Source of the DNA: Clostridia bacterium
GTDB taxonomy: Bacteria; Bacillota; Clostridia; Christensenellales; Aristaeellaceae
Length of the DNA stretch: 49,150 nt
Direction: 5' to 3'
Assembly: GCA_030537335.1 (NCBI GenBank)
Contig: JAUNNK010000002.1
Location: 1 to 49,150, forward strand
Position numbers and translations under genes: made by a program. The notes beneath the pieces are model-generated. The model saw only the letters and a list, made by a program, of their open reading frames with translations. It did not search any database and had not been told where the DNA came from. Shown piece by piece: positions 34,271 through 43,777 of the stretch; within the stretch, counting starts at the first letter, position 1, and each line of letters starts with the position of its first letter.

Positions 34271-35014
34271 ATGGAGCAGGCAATTTCCAAAACGGGAAGA
34301 AGAACGGGGTGGAGCGAGCGCGAAAACCAGCTCCTGTGGGAGACCGCCGACGAAGCACAGCAGCAGGGCCTGCCTTTGAAGGCCGTATTTGAGCAGATCG
34401 CACAGGCCACGGGCCGTCGGCCCAACAGCATTCGCAACTACTATTACGCCCAGGTGCGCAACCGGGAGGACGGCCATCCCCACGCCGCCCGCTTCGTGCC
34501 CTTCACCCAGGAGGAGGTGGACTGGCTGATGGAGCAGGTGCTCACCGCCCGCGCGGCGGGGCAGAGCGTGCGCAGCTGCCTGCAGAAGCTCTCCGGCGGC
34601 GACCACAGCCTGATGCTGCGCTACCAGAACAAGTACCGCGCCGTCATCAAGAGCCGCCCGGACTACGTGCGCGCGTTGGTGGAGAAGCTCAACGGCGAGG
34701 GCGTGATGTGCGACGCGCCCCAGGTGAACCACCGCAGCCGCAGCGACCTGAACGCGTCCTGCGTCCAGCTGGTGGACGAGGCCCAGCGCAGCGGCGATGC
34801 GGAGCTGGCCCGGGCCTGCGATGTGATCACCAAGTACCTGCGCCAACGCAGGGTGACGGACGCGGGAGAGAAGCCGGGCAGCGCGGCGGCGGAGCTGATC
34901 GCGCCCATCAAGGACTTCCTGGCCCTGCCTTACGAGGAGCGTGCCCGGGAGCTGGAGCCCTTCTGCGAGGATCTGGCCCAGCGCATCGGCGCAGTGGAGG
35001 CCGAGCTGGACTGA
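34271..35014 (+). CDS. Myb/SANT-like HTH protein, RsfA-family-like regulator
   Basis: ATG 34271 lies 8 nt after GGAGG. The text RTGWSERENQLLWETADEAQQQG..LKAVFEQIAQATGRRPNSIRNYYY parallels the RsfA N-terminal repeat, and a second repeat reads FTQEEVDWLMEQV. Confidence 0.6.
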   Translation: MEQAISKTGRRTGWSERENQLLWETADEAQQQGLPLKAVFEQIAQATGRRPNSIRNYYYAQVRNREDGHPHAARFVPFTQEEVDWLMEQVLTARAAGQSVRSCLQKLSGGDHSLMLRYQNKYRAVIKSRPDYVRALVEKLNGEGVMCDAPQVNHRSRSDLNASCVQLVDEAQRSGDAELARACDVITKYLRQRRVTDAGEKPGSAAAELIAPIKDFLALPYEERARELEPFCEDLAQRIGAVEAELD

Positions 35015-35079
35015 GCATGACCGGCACAGAGTAAAGCGGAGCGATTCCCAATGGAACCGCTCCGCTGTGCGTTTGTATG

Positions 35080-37050
35080 TCAGAATTGCAGGGTGGTGAG
35101 GAAGGACTCGACCTCCTCCCGGGCAAAGCCGTAGAAGGAGAAGGAGCACATGCCGGTCGGCACGCCCACGTCCGCGCTGAACGAGGTGTTTTCCTCATCC
35201 AGAACGTCGATGTTTATGACTGCGCCCGCAGGAACCAGCGCGCCGTCCTCCAGAACGTAGAATTCGCCGTGGGAATAGCCGTAATCAAAGCAGCTCAGGT
35301 CGAGGTACCGCTCGCCGTCGGCGGAGCTGTAATAGGCGTCCAGATAGGCTTCGGACACGTAGATTTCATCCAGCTCCAGACCCTCGGGTACGGTGAATGC
35401 GGGCAGCGCGCCCGCGTAAATCGCCGCGGCCTCGTCCATGCTGTACACGGTGACGGTATCGTCGTCTCCAAGGTAGATCTCCTCGGATTCGTCATCGCCG
35501 TCCTCGGACACGGTAACGTCAGCGGGCATTTCATCCGGCTCGATCTCCAGCAGCTCCAGCATCGCAAGCACGCTCTCGTCTGCGCACAGTGCGGTCGCGT
35601 CCGCACTCAGCTTGAGTGCGTCGGAGGCCAGCGCGATGGAAGCGGCGCTGTCCTCGTCCTCGCGGATAATCTCCGCCAGATCGACGGTCTTGGTTTCATC
35701 AAAGGCCGGAACGGGCATGCCCTCAGCGCGGTTCAGCTCCCAGGAGATCTGCATGCTTTCGCCGTCGGCCTCCACGTCCATCGCCACGGCGGCGGTCACG
35801 CTGCCGTCGGCCTCGCTGCGGTCGTCGGAGCTGATGTGCGCGCTCAGGCCGCTTTCGTCGGAATTCACGTCCCCGTCGTAGTCGTAGCTGCTGCTCTGGG
35901 AGGCGGTGAGATCGATGGTCGCGTGCTCCAGGCCGTCCACAACGGCGGCGTTCACGTCCAGCGCAAGGTTCATGGCGCTGCTGGACACGTAGCTGTGCGC
36001 CACGGCCTCCGCACCTTCCTCCGAATATTCGCTCTTCCAGTCGTTCTGCGAGGAGGCGACGAGGTGCAGCTCCACGTTCTCCGGCGCGTTCAGCGGGCCG
36101 TCCACGCACTCGGTCATGTGGAAATCCATCTGGTTGGTGTTGCCCATGCCGTCGTCCATGGCGAAGCCCAGGGTCATGTCCAGGTCGGTTCTTTCGTCGG
36201 CGGAGGTGCTGGTGACGGACAGCTGCATGGCGCTGGTGTCGTCCACGTCGAAGTCCATCGCGATTTCGATGTGCGCCGGATCCTCCGTCGTCCAGGTCAG
36301 CTCCATGGGGAAGGAGATTTCGTCCGCCATGCCCTCCTCGGCGAGCTGCGCGCGCAGATCGGCGGTGAGGTCGCTCAGGCTGGCGTAATCCTCGCCCATT
36401 GTGGAGGCAAGCAGCAGCATGTAGCTGTTCAGCATGTCCTCGATCTCCGTCACGCCGCAGCTGGCGAGTCCGTCCAGCAGATCCAGCGACGCCTCGGGAG
36501 TGAGCTCCAGCTGTGCGCGCTGGGCGGGAATCTCCGCGCCGTCAAGCTCCACGGTGACCGGCTCTGCACTGCCGCCGCAGGTGCTGACCAGCAGCTCGAT
36601 CATCGTCCGGCTGATCTCCTGCTGGAAGGAAGCGTCGGTCATCGTGCGGCTCAACAGGGCGCTGTAGCTGTTCAGGTAGTCGACCATCCACGCCATGAGC
36701 TGCGCATCCGCATCGTCTGCCTCCATCAGCTCCAGCAGCGCGTCGTTGGTCAGGCTGTACACGCTGCCGCCGTCGCACAAGCGGAAGCGCACGCCGTCCC
36801 CGGTCAGCTCGCCCGCCATGGGCAGAAGCACGTCGTCGCCGTTGACGACCTCGAATTGCATAAGCGCCGCCTCGCTGCCGATGGCGGTGGTCAGGCGCAG
36901 CTCCGGGGTCAGCGTCACGCTGTCCTCGTCGGTGGTGACGCTCAGGTTGCGCAGCGTCCGCACGGTGGCGGTCTCCGGCTGGGCTGGGAGCGTCGCGCCG
37001 CCGCTGAACAGCATGGCGATGCACACGAGAATGGATAAGAATGCATTCAT
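35080..37050 (-). CDS. Secreted, very acidic hypothetical protein (656 aa)
   Basis: ATG 37050 follows CAGGAGGG. Signal-like MNAFLSILVCIAMLFSGGATLPA. D/E-rich throughout. No family recognised. Confidence 0.65.
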   Translation of the reverse strand: MNAFLSILVCIAMLFSGGATLPAQPETATVRTLRNLSVTTDEDSVTLTPELRLTTAIGSEAALMQFEVVNGDDVLLPMAGELTGDGVRFRLCDGGSVYSLTNDALLELMEADDADAQLMAWMVDYLNSYSALLSRTMTDASFQQEISRTMIELLVSTCGGSAEPVTVELDGAEIPAQRAQLELTPEASLDLLDGLASCGVTEIEDMLNSYMLLLASTMGEDYASLSDLTADLRAQLAEEGMADEISFPMELTWTTEDPAHIEIAMDFDVDDTSAMQLSVTSTSADERTDLDMTLGFAMDDGMGNTNQMDFHMTECVDGPLNAPENVELHLVASSQNDWKSEYSEEGAEAVAHSYVSSSAMNLALDVNAAVVDGLEHATIDLTASQSSSYDYDGDVNSDESGLSAHISSDDRSEADGSVTAAVAMDVEADGESMQISWELNRAEGMPVPAFDETKTVDLAEIIREDEDSAASIALASDALKLSADATALCADESVLAMLELLEIEPDEMPADVTVSEDGDDESEEIYLGDDDTVTVYSMDEAAAIYAGALPAFTVPEGLELDEIYVSEAYLDAYYSSADGERYLDLSCFDYGYSHGEFYVLEDGALVPAGAVINIDVLDEENTSFSADVGVPTGMCSFSFYGFAREEVESFLTTLQF

Positions 37051-37269
37051 TTGTAGTACCCTCCTGATTGTTTTTTCTGCTTCCATTATGCGGGAAGCAC
37101 CGCCAAAAGTAAATCAACCCGTAGTTGAATGCGGCTTTTCCATATTTTGACGCAGCGCCGCGCTTCCCAGTTCCCCGCACGGCATCTTTCTTTTTTTCTT
37201 TCTCCATGCTATAATGGAATATGACTGCGCGCGGAACAAGCCTCCGCAGCGGCAGTCGGGAGGTAAGAT

Positions 37270-39414
37270 ATGGAAGAGCTGAAGGATTTCCGCCAGGAAC
37301 AGGAATACACTGCGCGGGTGCAGCAGCTGATGCTGGCGATCATTGAGCAGGCGGACAAAATCTCGGGCAGCCATCTGGAGTCCATTCAGGCGATCATCGC
37401 CGACGCCTGGGAGGAGCTGCGCGTGCGCCCGACCCAGCTCTCGGTGCAGGATCTGGAGCAGCTGTCCGTGGAGGTGGACCGCTTCGCCGCACGGCGGGAG
37501 TTCACCAAGGGCCTGGCCGAGCGCTACCGCAGGATGCTGATGAACCCCTTCTTTGCCCGCGTGGACTTCGTGGAGCAGGGCGAGACGGAGATCGAGAAGA
37601 TCGTCATCGGCCTGTACAGCCTGGAGGATGAGAAGGGCCATCTGCTGGTGCACGACTGGCGCGCGCCGGTGTGCAGCCTGTACTATGATTCCATGCCCGG
37701 CGAGGTGTCCTACGACAGTCCCAGCGGCAAGATTCTGGGCCGAATGACGCTCAAGCGCCAGTACCGCATGGAAAACGGTCAGCTCAAATATTATGTGGAC
37801 ACCCAGCTGTCCATCGACGACGACATGCTGCTGGACATCCTCTCCGGGGCCAGTAACCACCACATGCGGCAGATCGTGGCCACCATCCAGGCGGAGCAGA
37901 ACGCCGCCATCCGCCACGACGATGCGCCGGTGGTGTGCGTGGTGGGCGGCGCGGGCAGCGGCAAGACCAGCGTGGCCATGCACCGCGCGGCCTTCCTGAT
38001 GTACCGCCGCCGGGATCTGCTGGACGCCAGCAAGATCCAGATCATCTCCCCCAGCACCGCTTTCTCGGAGTACGTGTCCAAGGTGCTTCCGGAGCTGGGC
38101 GAGGAGAACATCCGCGCCCGCACCATGCGCGAAATCGTGGAGTTGGTGCTGGACCGCAAGGTGGAGCCGCTGGTGCGCCAGATGGAGAACACCTTGCCGG
38201 AGAATTTGGAGACGCGCAACAAGTCCGTGGCCTACAAGACGGGCGTGGAGTTTCTGCGCAAGCTGAAGGCCACCGCCGAGAGCTTCGCCACCTTCGGCCC
38301 GAACTTCGGAAGCGTGCGCATGGACGATCAGATACTCATTCGCCGCGAGGAGCTGCGGCGCATGTATAAAAATGAATTTTCGCTCCTGACCCCGGCCCAG
38401 CGCATCGAGCGCATGAAGACCACGCTGGAGAGCCGGCTGTCCAGTTGGGAGGAGAAGCTGATCCGCCAGTACGAGCAGAGCTTCTCCGGCAAGTACAGCG
38501 GTCGGGAGCTGAGCTTTGTCTCCAAGATGGCGGCGGCCCAGCGGCTGCAGAGCGTGCGCGCCCAGCTGCGCACCTACACCAACGTCACCGGCTGGAACCT
38601 GCTGCAGGAGGCCCTGCGCGACGCGCCCCGGGAAATGCGCAACCTGTTCTTCGAGAACCGGGACGCGAATCTGCTCTGGTGGGAGGATGCGGCGGCGCAG
38701 GCCTATCTTCTGGTGAAGCTGGGCTTCGTGCAGCCGGACAAGACGGTGTATCACCTGCTGGTGGACGAGGCGCAGGACTACTCCGAGACCGAGCTTGCGC
38801 TGCTGCACGCCTACTTCCCCAACGCTCGCGTGACCCTGCTGGGCGATCCCATGCAGCGCACCTGCCCGGGCATGGGCGCGTGCGTGCCGGAGAACTGGGG
38901 CGAGTGCTTCGACGCCAAGGACGCGCCGTTGTTCCGCCTGACCCGCTGCTACCGCTCCACCCTGCCCATCACCCGGCTGTGCAACGCGCTGCTGCCCGGC
39001 AACGAGGATCGTCTGAACCCCTTCGAGCGCGCGGGCGAGATGCCCCTGGTGGCCCAGTACAGCGAGCAGCTGCTCAAGGATACGCTGAAGCGCCTGCGGG
39101 ACGCGGGCTACGCATCCATCGCCGTGATCACCCGCAGCCAGAGTCAGGCGGATTCGCTGTCGGCGAAGCTCGAAAACGTCTATCGCCTGGACGGCGGCGA
39201 GGCCGATCTGAACTATGAGAGCACGGACAACGTGGTGGGTTGCTATCACCAGGTCAAGGGCATGGAATTCGACGCGGTGATCGTGGTCTGGCCCGACGTG
39301 GAACTGGACGACGGCGAGCGCCGCAGGCTCTATACCGCCTGCTCCCGCGCGCTACATTCCGTGGCGCTGCTGGGCGGCGGCAAGCTGATCAAGGAGCTGA
39401 ACATTCAGCTATGA
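37270..39414 (+). CDS. helD: HelD-type UvrD-family helicase (RNA polymerase recycling factor)
   Basis: HelD N-terminal region (..FFARVDF..GLYSLED..HDWRAPVCSLYYD), Walker A VVGGAGSGKTSVAMHRAAFL, LLVDEAQDYS, and C-terminal VKGMEFDAVIV. Confidence 0.85.
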   Translation: MEELKDFRQEQEYTARVQQLMLAIIEQADKISGSHLESIQAIIADAWEELRVRPTQLSVQDLEQLSVEVDRFAARREFTKGLAERYRRMLMNPFFARVDFVEQGETEIEKIVIGLYSLEDEKGHLLVHDWRAPVCSLYYDSMPGEVSYDSPSGKILGRMTLKRQYRMENGQLKYYVDTQLSIDDDMLLDILSGASNHHMRQIVATIQAEQNAAIRHDDAPVVCVVGGAGSGKTSVAMHRAAFLMYRRRDLLDASKIQIISPSTAFSEYVSKVLPELGEENIRARTMREIVELVLDRKVEPLVRQMENTLPENLETRNKSVAYKTGVEFLRKLKATAESFATFGPNFGSVRMDDQILIRREELRRMYKNEFSLLTPAQRIERMKTTLESRLSSWEEKLIRQYEQSFSGKYSGRELSFVSKMAAAQRLQSVRAQLRTYTNVTGWNLLQEALRDAPREMRNLFFENRDANLLWWEDAAAQAYLLVKLGFVQPDKTVYHLLVDEAQDYSETELALLHAYFPNARVTLLGDPMQRTCPGMGACVPENWGECFDAKDAPLFRLTRCYRSTLPITRLCNALLPGNEDRLNPFERAGEMPLVAQYSEQLLKDTLKRLRDAGYASIAVITRSQSQADSLSAKLENVYRLDGGEADLNYESTDNVVGCYHQVKGMEFDAVIVVWPDVELDDGERRRLYTACSRALHSVALLGGGKLIKELNIQL

Positions 39415-40631
39415 GGAATATGCGCATTGCAATCATCGGCGGCGGCGCTGCGGGGCTGATGGCCGCGTGCCTGCTGGCCCGGCAGGGGCTGCGGCCCACG
39501 CTGCTGGAAAAGCAGAGCCGGGTGGGCCGGAAGCTGCTCTCCACCGGAAACGGCCGCTGCAATCTGACGAACCTGAACGCCTCGGAGAAGGACTACCACG
39601 GCGATGAGCGCTATGTGAAGGCCGCGCTGACTGCCTTCACCCCCTGGGACGCGATGGACTTCTTTGCCTCCATCGGCGTGGCGTGCGCACCCGATGGCGA
39701 AGGCCGGGTCTATCCCCTGAGCAACGCTGCGGCAGGGGTGCTGGACGGCCTGCGGCTGTATGCCGCGGAGCACGGCTGCGAGATCGTGCCCGAATTCGAG
39801 GTCGCGTCCGTGCGGAAGCGCGGTTGCTTTGAAATCGCCGCGAAGGATGGCCGCAAGGTGCAGGCGGACTGCGTGCTGGTGGCCTGCGGCGGCATGGCTG
39901 CGCCCAAGCTGGGCGGTTGCGCCGACGGCTACCGCATTCTGGAGGGCTTCGGCCACAGAATTACACCGCGCCTGCCCGCCATCGCGGCGCTCAAGACCGA
40001 CCCCGAGGCCGTGCGGGCGCTCAAGGGCGTCCGCATGCACGGGGAATTGGAGCTGTACTGCGGCGAGCGGCTGCTGCGCCGGGAGGCGGGGGAGATCCTC
40101 TTCGGCGAGGGCAGCGTGTCCGGCATCGCGGCGATGCAGCTGGCACGCGCTGTCAATCTGCAAAAGGGAAAGCCCTGCGCGCTGAAATTGAACTTCTGGC
40201 CGGATGCGCCGGAAGACGCCATCGACCGCCGCGCCGAGCTGCTGCCCGAGCGTCCTCTGGACGACTTCCTCAGCGGAATCGTGCCCAAGCGGCTGGGTCA
40301 GGTGCTCATCAAGGTCGCCGGAGTGGGGCCGCTGTCGGGGCTGGCCGGGGAGCTGGACGCGAAACAGAGAACCGCCATCCAGCGCAGTCTCACCGCTTGG
40401 ACGCTTCCGGTGAAGTCCACGCTGGGCTTCGATCAAGCGCAGGTGACCTGCGGCGGCGCGGAGCTGAAGGGCTTTGAGCCCGATACCCTGGAATCCCGCC
40501 ATGAGAGCGGCCTGTTCGCTGCCGGAGAGCTGCTGGACGTGGACGGCGACTGCGGCGGCTTCAACCTGCACTGGGCCTGGGCCTCGGCGGCGCTGGTTGC
40601 CCGGGAGATCATCCGCCGAACGAAGAACTGA
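39411..40631 (+). CDS. HI0933/BaiN-like NAD(P)/FAD-dependent oxidoreductase
   Basis: IAIIGGGAAGLMAA..LLEK..GRKLLSTGNGRCNLTN and C-terminal GELLDVDGDCGGFNL. The start overlaps the helD stop. Confidence 0.8.
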   Translation: MRNMRIAIIGGGAAGLMAACLLARQGLRPTLLEKQSRVGRKLLSTGNGRCNLTNLNASEKDYHGDERYVKAALTAFTPWDAMDFFASIGVACAPDGEGRVYPLSNAAAGVLDGLRLYAAEHGCEIVPEFEVASVRKRGCFEIAAKDGRKVQADCVLVACGGMAAPKLGGCADGYRILEGFGHRITPRLPAIAALKTDPEAVRALKGVRMHGELELYCGERLLRREAGEILFGEGSVSGIAAMQLARAVNLQKGKPCALKLNFWPDAPEDAIDRRAELLPERPLDDFLSGIVPKRLGQVLIKVAGVGPLSGLAGELDAKQRTAIQRSLTAWTLPVKSTLGFDQAQVTCGGAELKGFEPDTLESRHESGLFAAGELLDVDGDCGGFNLHWAWASAALVAREIIRRTKN

Positions 40632-40642
40632 AGGAGAACCAT

Positions 40643-42226
40643 ATGATACGCCTGTCTCAGCTTCGCGTAAATCTGAATGATGCAAAGAGAGCGCCGGTGG
40701 AGCTCGCCGCGCGGGCGCTGAAGCTGCGCCCGGAGGAGATCGTCTCCGCGCGCATCTTCAAAAAGTCGGTGGACGCCCGGGACAAGCGGGACGTGCACTT
40801 CTCCCTCACGCTGGACGTGGAGGTCAGGCGCGTGCCCGCCCACCTGCCGAGGAACGCCCAGCTCCTGCCCGAACCGGAGCCTGCGCAGCCCACGCCCATC
40901 GTCAAACCCGGCGCGCATCGTCCGATTGTTGTGGGCATGGGCCCGGCGGGGCTGTTCGCGGCGCTGCATCTGGCTCAGGCGGGGCTGAAGCCGCTGGTGA
41001 TCGAGCGCGGCCGGGACGTGGATGCGCGTGCGAAGGACGTGGAGCGCTTCTGGTCGGGCGGAGCTTTCGATCCGATCAGCAACGTGCAGTTCGGCGAGGG
41101 CGGCGCGGGCACGTTCTCGGACGGCAAGCTCAACTCGGGCATCAAGGATCCCCGCTGCCGGGAGGTGCTGGAGACCTTCGTGCGCATGGGCGCGCCGGAG
41201 GAGATTCTCTATCAGGCCAAGCCCCACATCGGCACGGATCACCTGCGCGCGGTGGTGAAGAACCTGCGCCTGGAGATATTGCGTCTGGGCGGCGAGGTGC
41301 GCTTTGAGACGAAGCTCACGGGCCTGCGCTTCGAGGGCGGCAGACTCACCGGCGCGGAGATCGGCGGCGAGCTGGAGCCTGCGGACGAGCTGGTGCTGGC
41401 CATCGGCCACAGCGCCCGGGATACCTTCGGGATGCTGAACACGGCGGGCGTGTCCATGGAGCAGAAGCCCTTCTCCATCGGCGCGCGCATCGAGCACAGG
41501 CAAAAACTGGTGAATCGCGCCCAGTACGGCGCGGCGGCGGAGCACCCATCCCTCGGCGCGGCGGACTACAAGCTCAGCTGTCACCTCCCTGACGGGCGCG
41601 CGGCCTACACCTTCTGCATGTGCCCCGGCGGTCAGGTGGTCGCGGCGGCCAGCGAGGAAGGCGGCGTGGCAGTCAACGGAATGAGCCTCTTTGCCCGGGA
41701 CGGCGAGAACGCCAACAGCGCGCTGCTGGTGTCGGTGGGCCCCGGCGACTACGGCGGGGACGATCCGCTGGCGGGCGTGCGCTTTCAGCGCAAGTGGGAG
41801 CAGGCGGCCTTCGAGGCGGGCGGCGGCGACTACCGTGCTCCGGCCCAGCGCGTGGGCGACTTCCTCGCGGGCAAGCCCTCCGCAAGCGGCGGAGCGGTGC
41901 GACCCAGCTACCGCCCCGGCGTGAACTGGACGACGCTGGAAAGCTGCCTTCCCGATTATGTCATCGCGGATATGCGCGCGGCCATCGGCCTGTTCGACCG
42001 CAAGCTGCGCGGCTTTGCCGATCCCGACGCGGTGCTCACCGGGGTGGAGACCCGCTCCTCGTCTCCGGTGCGGGTGCTGCGGGGCGAGGATCTGTGCGCA
42101 ATCGACATCGACGGCCTGTATCCCTGCGGCGAGGGCTGCGGTTACGCGGGCGGCATCCTGTCCGCAGCGGTGGACGGCCTGCGCTGCGCCCACGCCATAC
42201 GAAAGCGCCATGAGGAGGACATATGA
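40643..42226 (+). CDS. FAD-dependent protein (COG2509-type dehydrogenase)
   Basis: N-terminal ..IFKKSVDARDKRDVHF.., dinucleotide motif IVVGMGPAGLFAAL, FSDGKLNSG, and C-terminal GLYPCGEGCGYAGGI. Confidence 0.8.
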   Translation: MIRLSQLRVNLNDAKRAPVELAARALKLRPEEIVSARIFKKSVDARDKRDVHFSLTLDVEVRRVPAHLPRNAQLLPEPEPAQPTPIVKPGAHRPIVVGMGPAGLFAALHLAQAGLKPLVIERGRDVDARAKDVERFWSGGAFDPISNVQFGEGGAGTFSDGKLNSGIKDPRCREVLETFVRMGAPEEILYQAKPHIGTDHLRAVVKNLRLEILRLGGEVRFETKLTGLRFEGGRLTGAEIGGELEPADELVLAIGHSARDTFGMLNTAGVSMEQKPFSIGARIEHRQKLVNRAQYGAAAEHPSLGAADYKLSCHLPDGRAAYTFCMCPGGQVVAAASEEGGVAVNGMSLFARDGENANSALLVSVGPGDYGGDDPLAGVRFQRKWEQAAFEAGGGDYRAPAQRVGDFLAGKPSASGGAVRPSYRPGVNWTTLESCLPDYVIADMRAAIGLFDRKLRGFADPDAVLTGVETRSSSPVRVLRGEDLCAIDIDGLYPCGEGCGYAGGILSAAVDGLRCAHAIRKRHEEDI

Positions 42227-43509
42227 AGCCGAAATTTCCCTTTGACGCGGCCATCTTCGATCTGGACGGCACGCTGCTGGACAGCATGTATGTGTGGAAG
42301 CGCGTGGACGAGATCTTCTTCGAAAACATGGGCATGGAGTGCCCGGCGGACTACGGCCCAGCGCTTGCGGGCAAGAGCTACCGGGAGAGCGCGGAGTACA
42401 CCATCGAGCGCTTCGGACTCACGGACAGCTGGGAGGAGATCGTGCGCGGCTGGACGGAGCTTGCCCACCATGAGTATGCCGAGAACGTGGGCCTGAAGCC
42501 GGGCGCGCGGGCGTATCTGACTCTGCTGCGCCGCAGCGGCGTGAAGCTGGCTGTGGCGACGGCGCTGCCGGAGTACCTGTATCGGCCCTGCCTGGAACAC
42601 TTGGGCATCCTCGACTGGTTCGACGCGCTGTGCTCCACCGACGACACCGGCGGCCGGGGCAAGTCCCGGGGCGAGGTGTTCCTGCTGGCGGCGGAGCGTC
42701 TTGGCGTGGCTCCCGAGAAGTGCGTGGTGTTCGAGGACGTGCTGGAGGGCGTGCGGGGCGCGCGCTGCGCCGGAATGGGCGCTTGCTGCGTGCTGGATGA
42801 ATCCTCCCGCCACGCCCACCCCGAGATCGCGCCCATCGCCCACCGGATGATCGCGGACTTCACCGAGCTTTTGCCGAAGCGCCGCTGTGTGATCTTCACC
42901 GCACGCTGCGAGAGTGAGGTGGACGCGGCCTATTCTGACCGCCGCGCGGACGATCTGATCCTCTGCGCCGACGCGGGCTACGCGCTGGCCCGGCGCGCGG
43001 GCGTGGAGCCGGACTGGATCATCGGCGACTTCGACTCCGCCGGGAAGCCCGACGGGGACAATATACTCATCCATCCGGTGATCAAGGACGACACCGACAC
43101 CATCCTCTGCGCGCGCTTCGGGCTGGAGGAGGGCATCCGCAACTTCCTGATCGTCGGCGGCGTGGGCGGACGGCTGGATCACACGCTGGCGAACCTCCAG
43201 ACCCTGGCCTTCCTCACCGAACAGGGCGCGCATGCGGAGCTGTGCGACGGCAACATCCACCTGGTGATGCTGGAAAGCGGCAGCCTGCGCATTCCCCGCA
43301 CACCGGGCAAGCTCTCGGCCTTCGCCTTCGGCGGCCCATGCAGCGGCGTGTCCATCTCCGGCGCGAAGTACAACATCGAGAATGCCACCCTGACCCCCAG
43401 CTTCCCGCTGGGCATGGGCAACGATTTCGCGGATGATTTCGCGGAGGTCTCTGTAAAAGAGGGAAAGCTGCTGGTGATGTGGGAATTAAAACCCACTGAG
43501 AAACCTTGA
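42223..43509 (+). CDS. Fusion protein: HAD-family phosphatase (N) plus thiamine pyrophosphokinase (C)
   Basis: The N half reads AIFDLDGTLLDS (motif I), ..LAVATA.. and VVFEDVLEGVRGA. The C half reads IGDFDS, VIKDDTD and VGGVGGRLDHTLANL (TPK catalytic motifs), followed by a thiamin-binding tail. It is a single uninterrupted 428-aa ORF. Confidence 0.8.
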   Translation: MKPKFPFDAAIFDLDGTLLDSMYVWKRVDEIFFENMGMECPADYGPALAGKSYRESAEYTIERFGLTDSWEEIVRGWTELAHHEYAENVGLKPGARAYLTLLRRSGVKLAVATALPEYLYRPCLEHLGILDWFDALCSTDDTGGRGKSRGEVFLLAAERLGVAPEKCVVFEDVLEGVRGARCAGMGACCVLDESSRHAHPEIAPIAHRMIADFTELLPKRRCVIFTARCESEVDAAYSDRRADDLILCADAGYALARRAGVEPDWIIGDFDSAGKPDGDNILIHPVIKDDTDTILCARFGLEEGIRNFLIVGGVGGRLDHTLANLQTLAFLTEQGAHAELCDGNIHLVMLESGSLRIPRTPGKLSAFAFGGPCSGVSISGAKYNIENATLTPSFPLGMGNDFADDFAEVSVKEGKLLVMWELKPTEKP

Positions 43510-43572
43510 ATTGCATAGAACAAGCGCCCCATATACCGGCTTCCATTTCCGGCATATGGGGCGCATTCTGTT

Positions 43573-43776
43573 CTATTTCAAATCCAGCTCCGGCGGCACG
43601 TCGATCTCATCGGAGACGTACCTGCCGTTCTTCTTGCGCTGGCGCACGCACTCGGTCAGCAGATACTCGATCTGGCCGTTCACCGAGCGGAAGTCGTCTT
43701 CGGCCCAGGCTGCGATGGCGGCGTAGAGCTTGGGCGAGAGCCGCAGCGGCACCTGCTTCTTCTGCTTGTCGTCCAT
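43573..43776 (-). CDS. Arc/MetJ-type ribbon-helix-helix protein (67 aa)
   Basis: [36 protein letters not shown] gives a beta-strand plus two helices of an RHH. The gene starts 1 nt after the SPFH stop. Confidence 0.7.
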   Translation of the reverse strand: MDDKQKKQVPLRLSPKLYAAIAAWAEDDFRSVNGQIEYLLTECVRQRKKNGRYVSDEIDVPPELDLK

Positions 43777-43777
43777 G

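Noticed and set aside
37114-39249. 711-aa ORF on the minus strand
   Set aside because: It is antisense to helD, whose Walker A/B and HelD-specific motifs are unambiguous. This is a shadow ORF.
40433-42211. 592-aa ORF on the minus strand (likewise 39405-40685, 42142-43260, 27853-29373, 12916-13935, 11931-12857, 3163-4272, 22099-23433 and similar)
   Set aside because: All overlap well-supported genes on the opposite strand and translate to Arg/Ala/Gly/His-rich, motif-free sequence.
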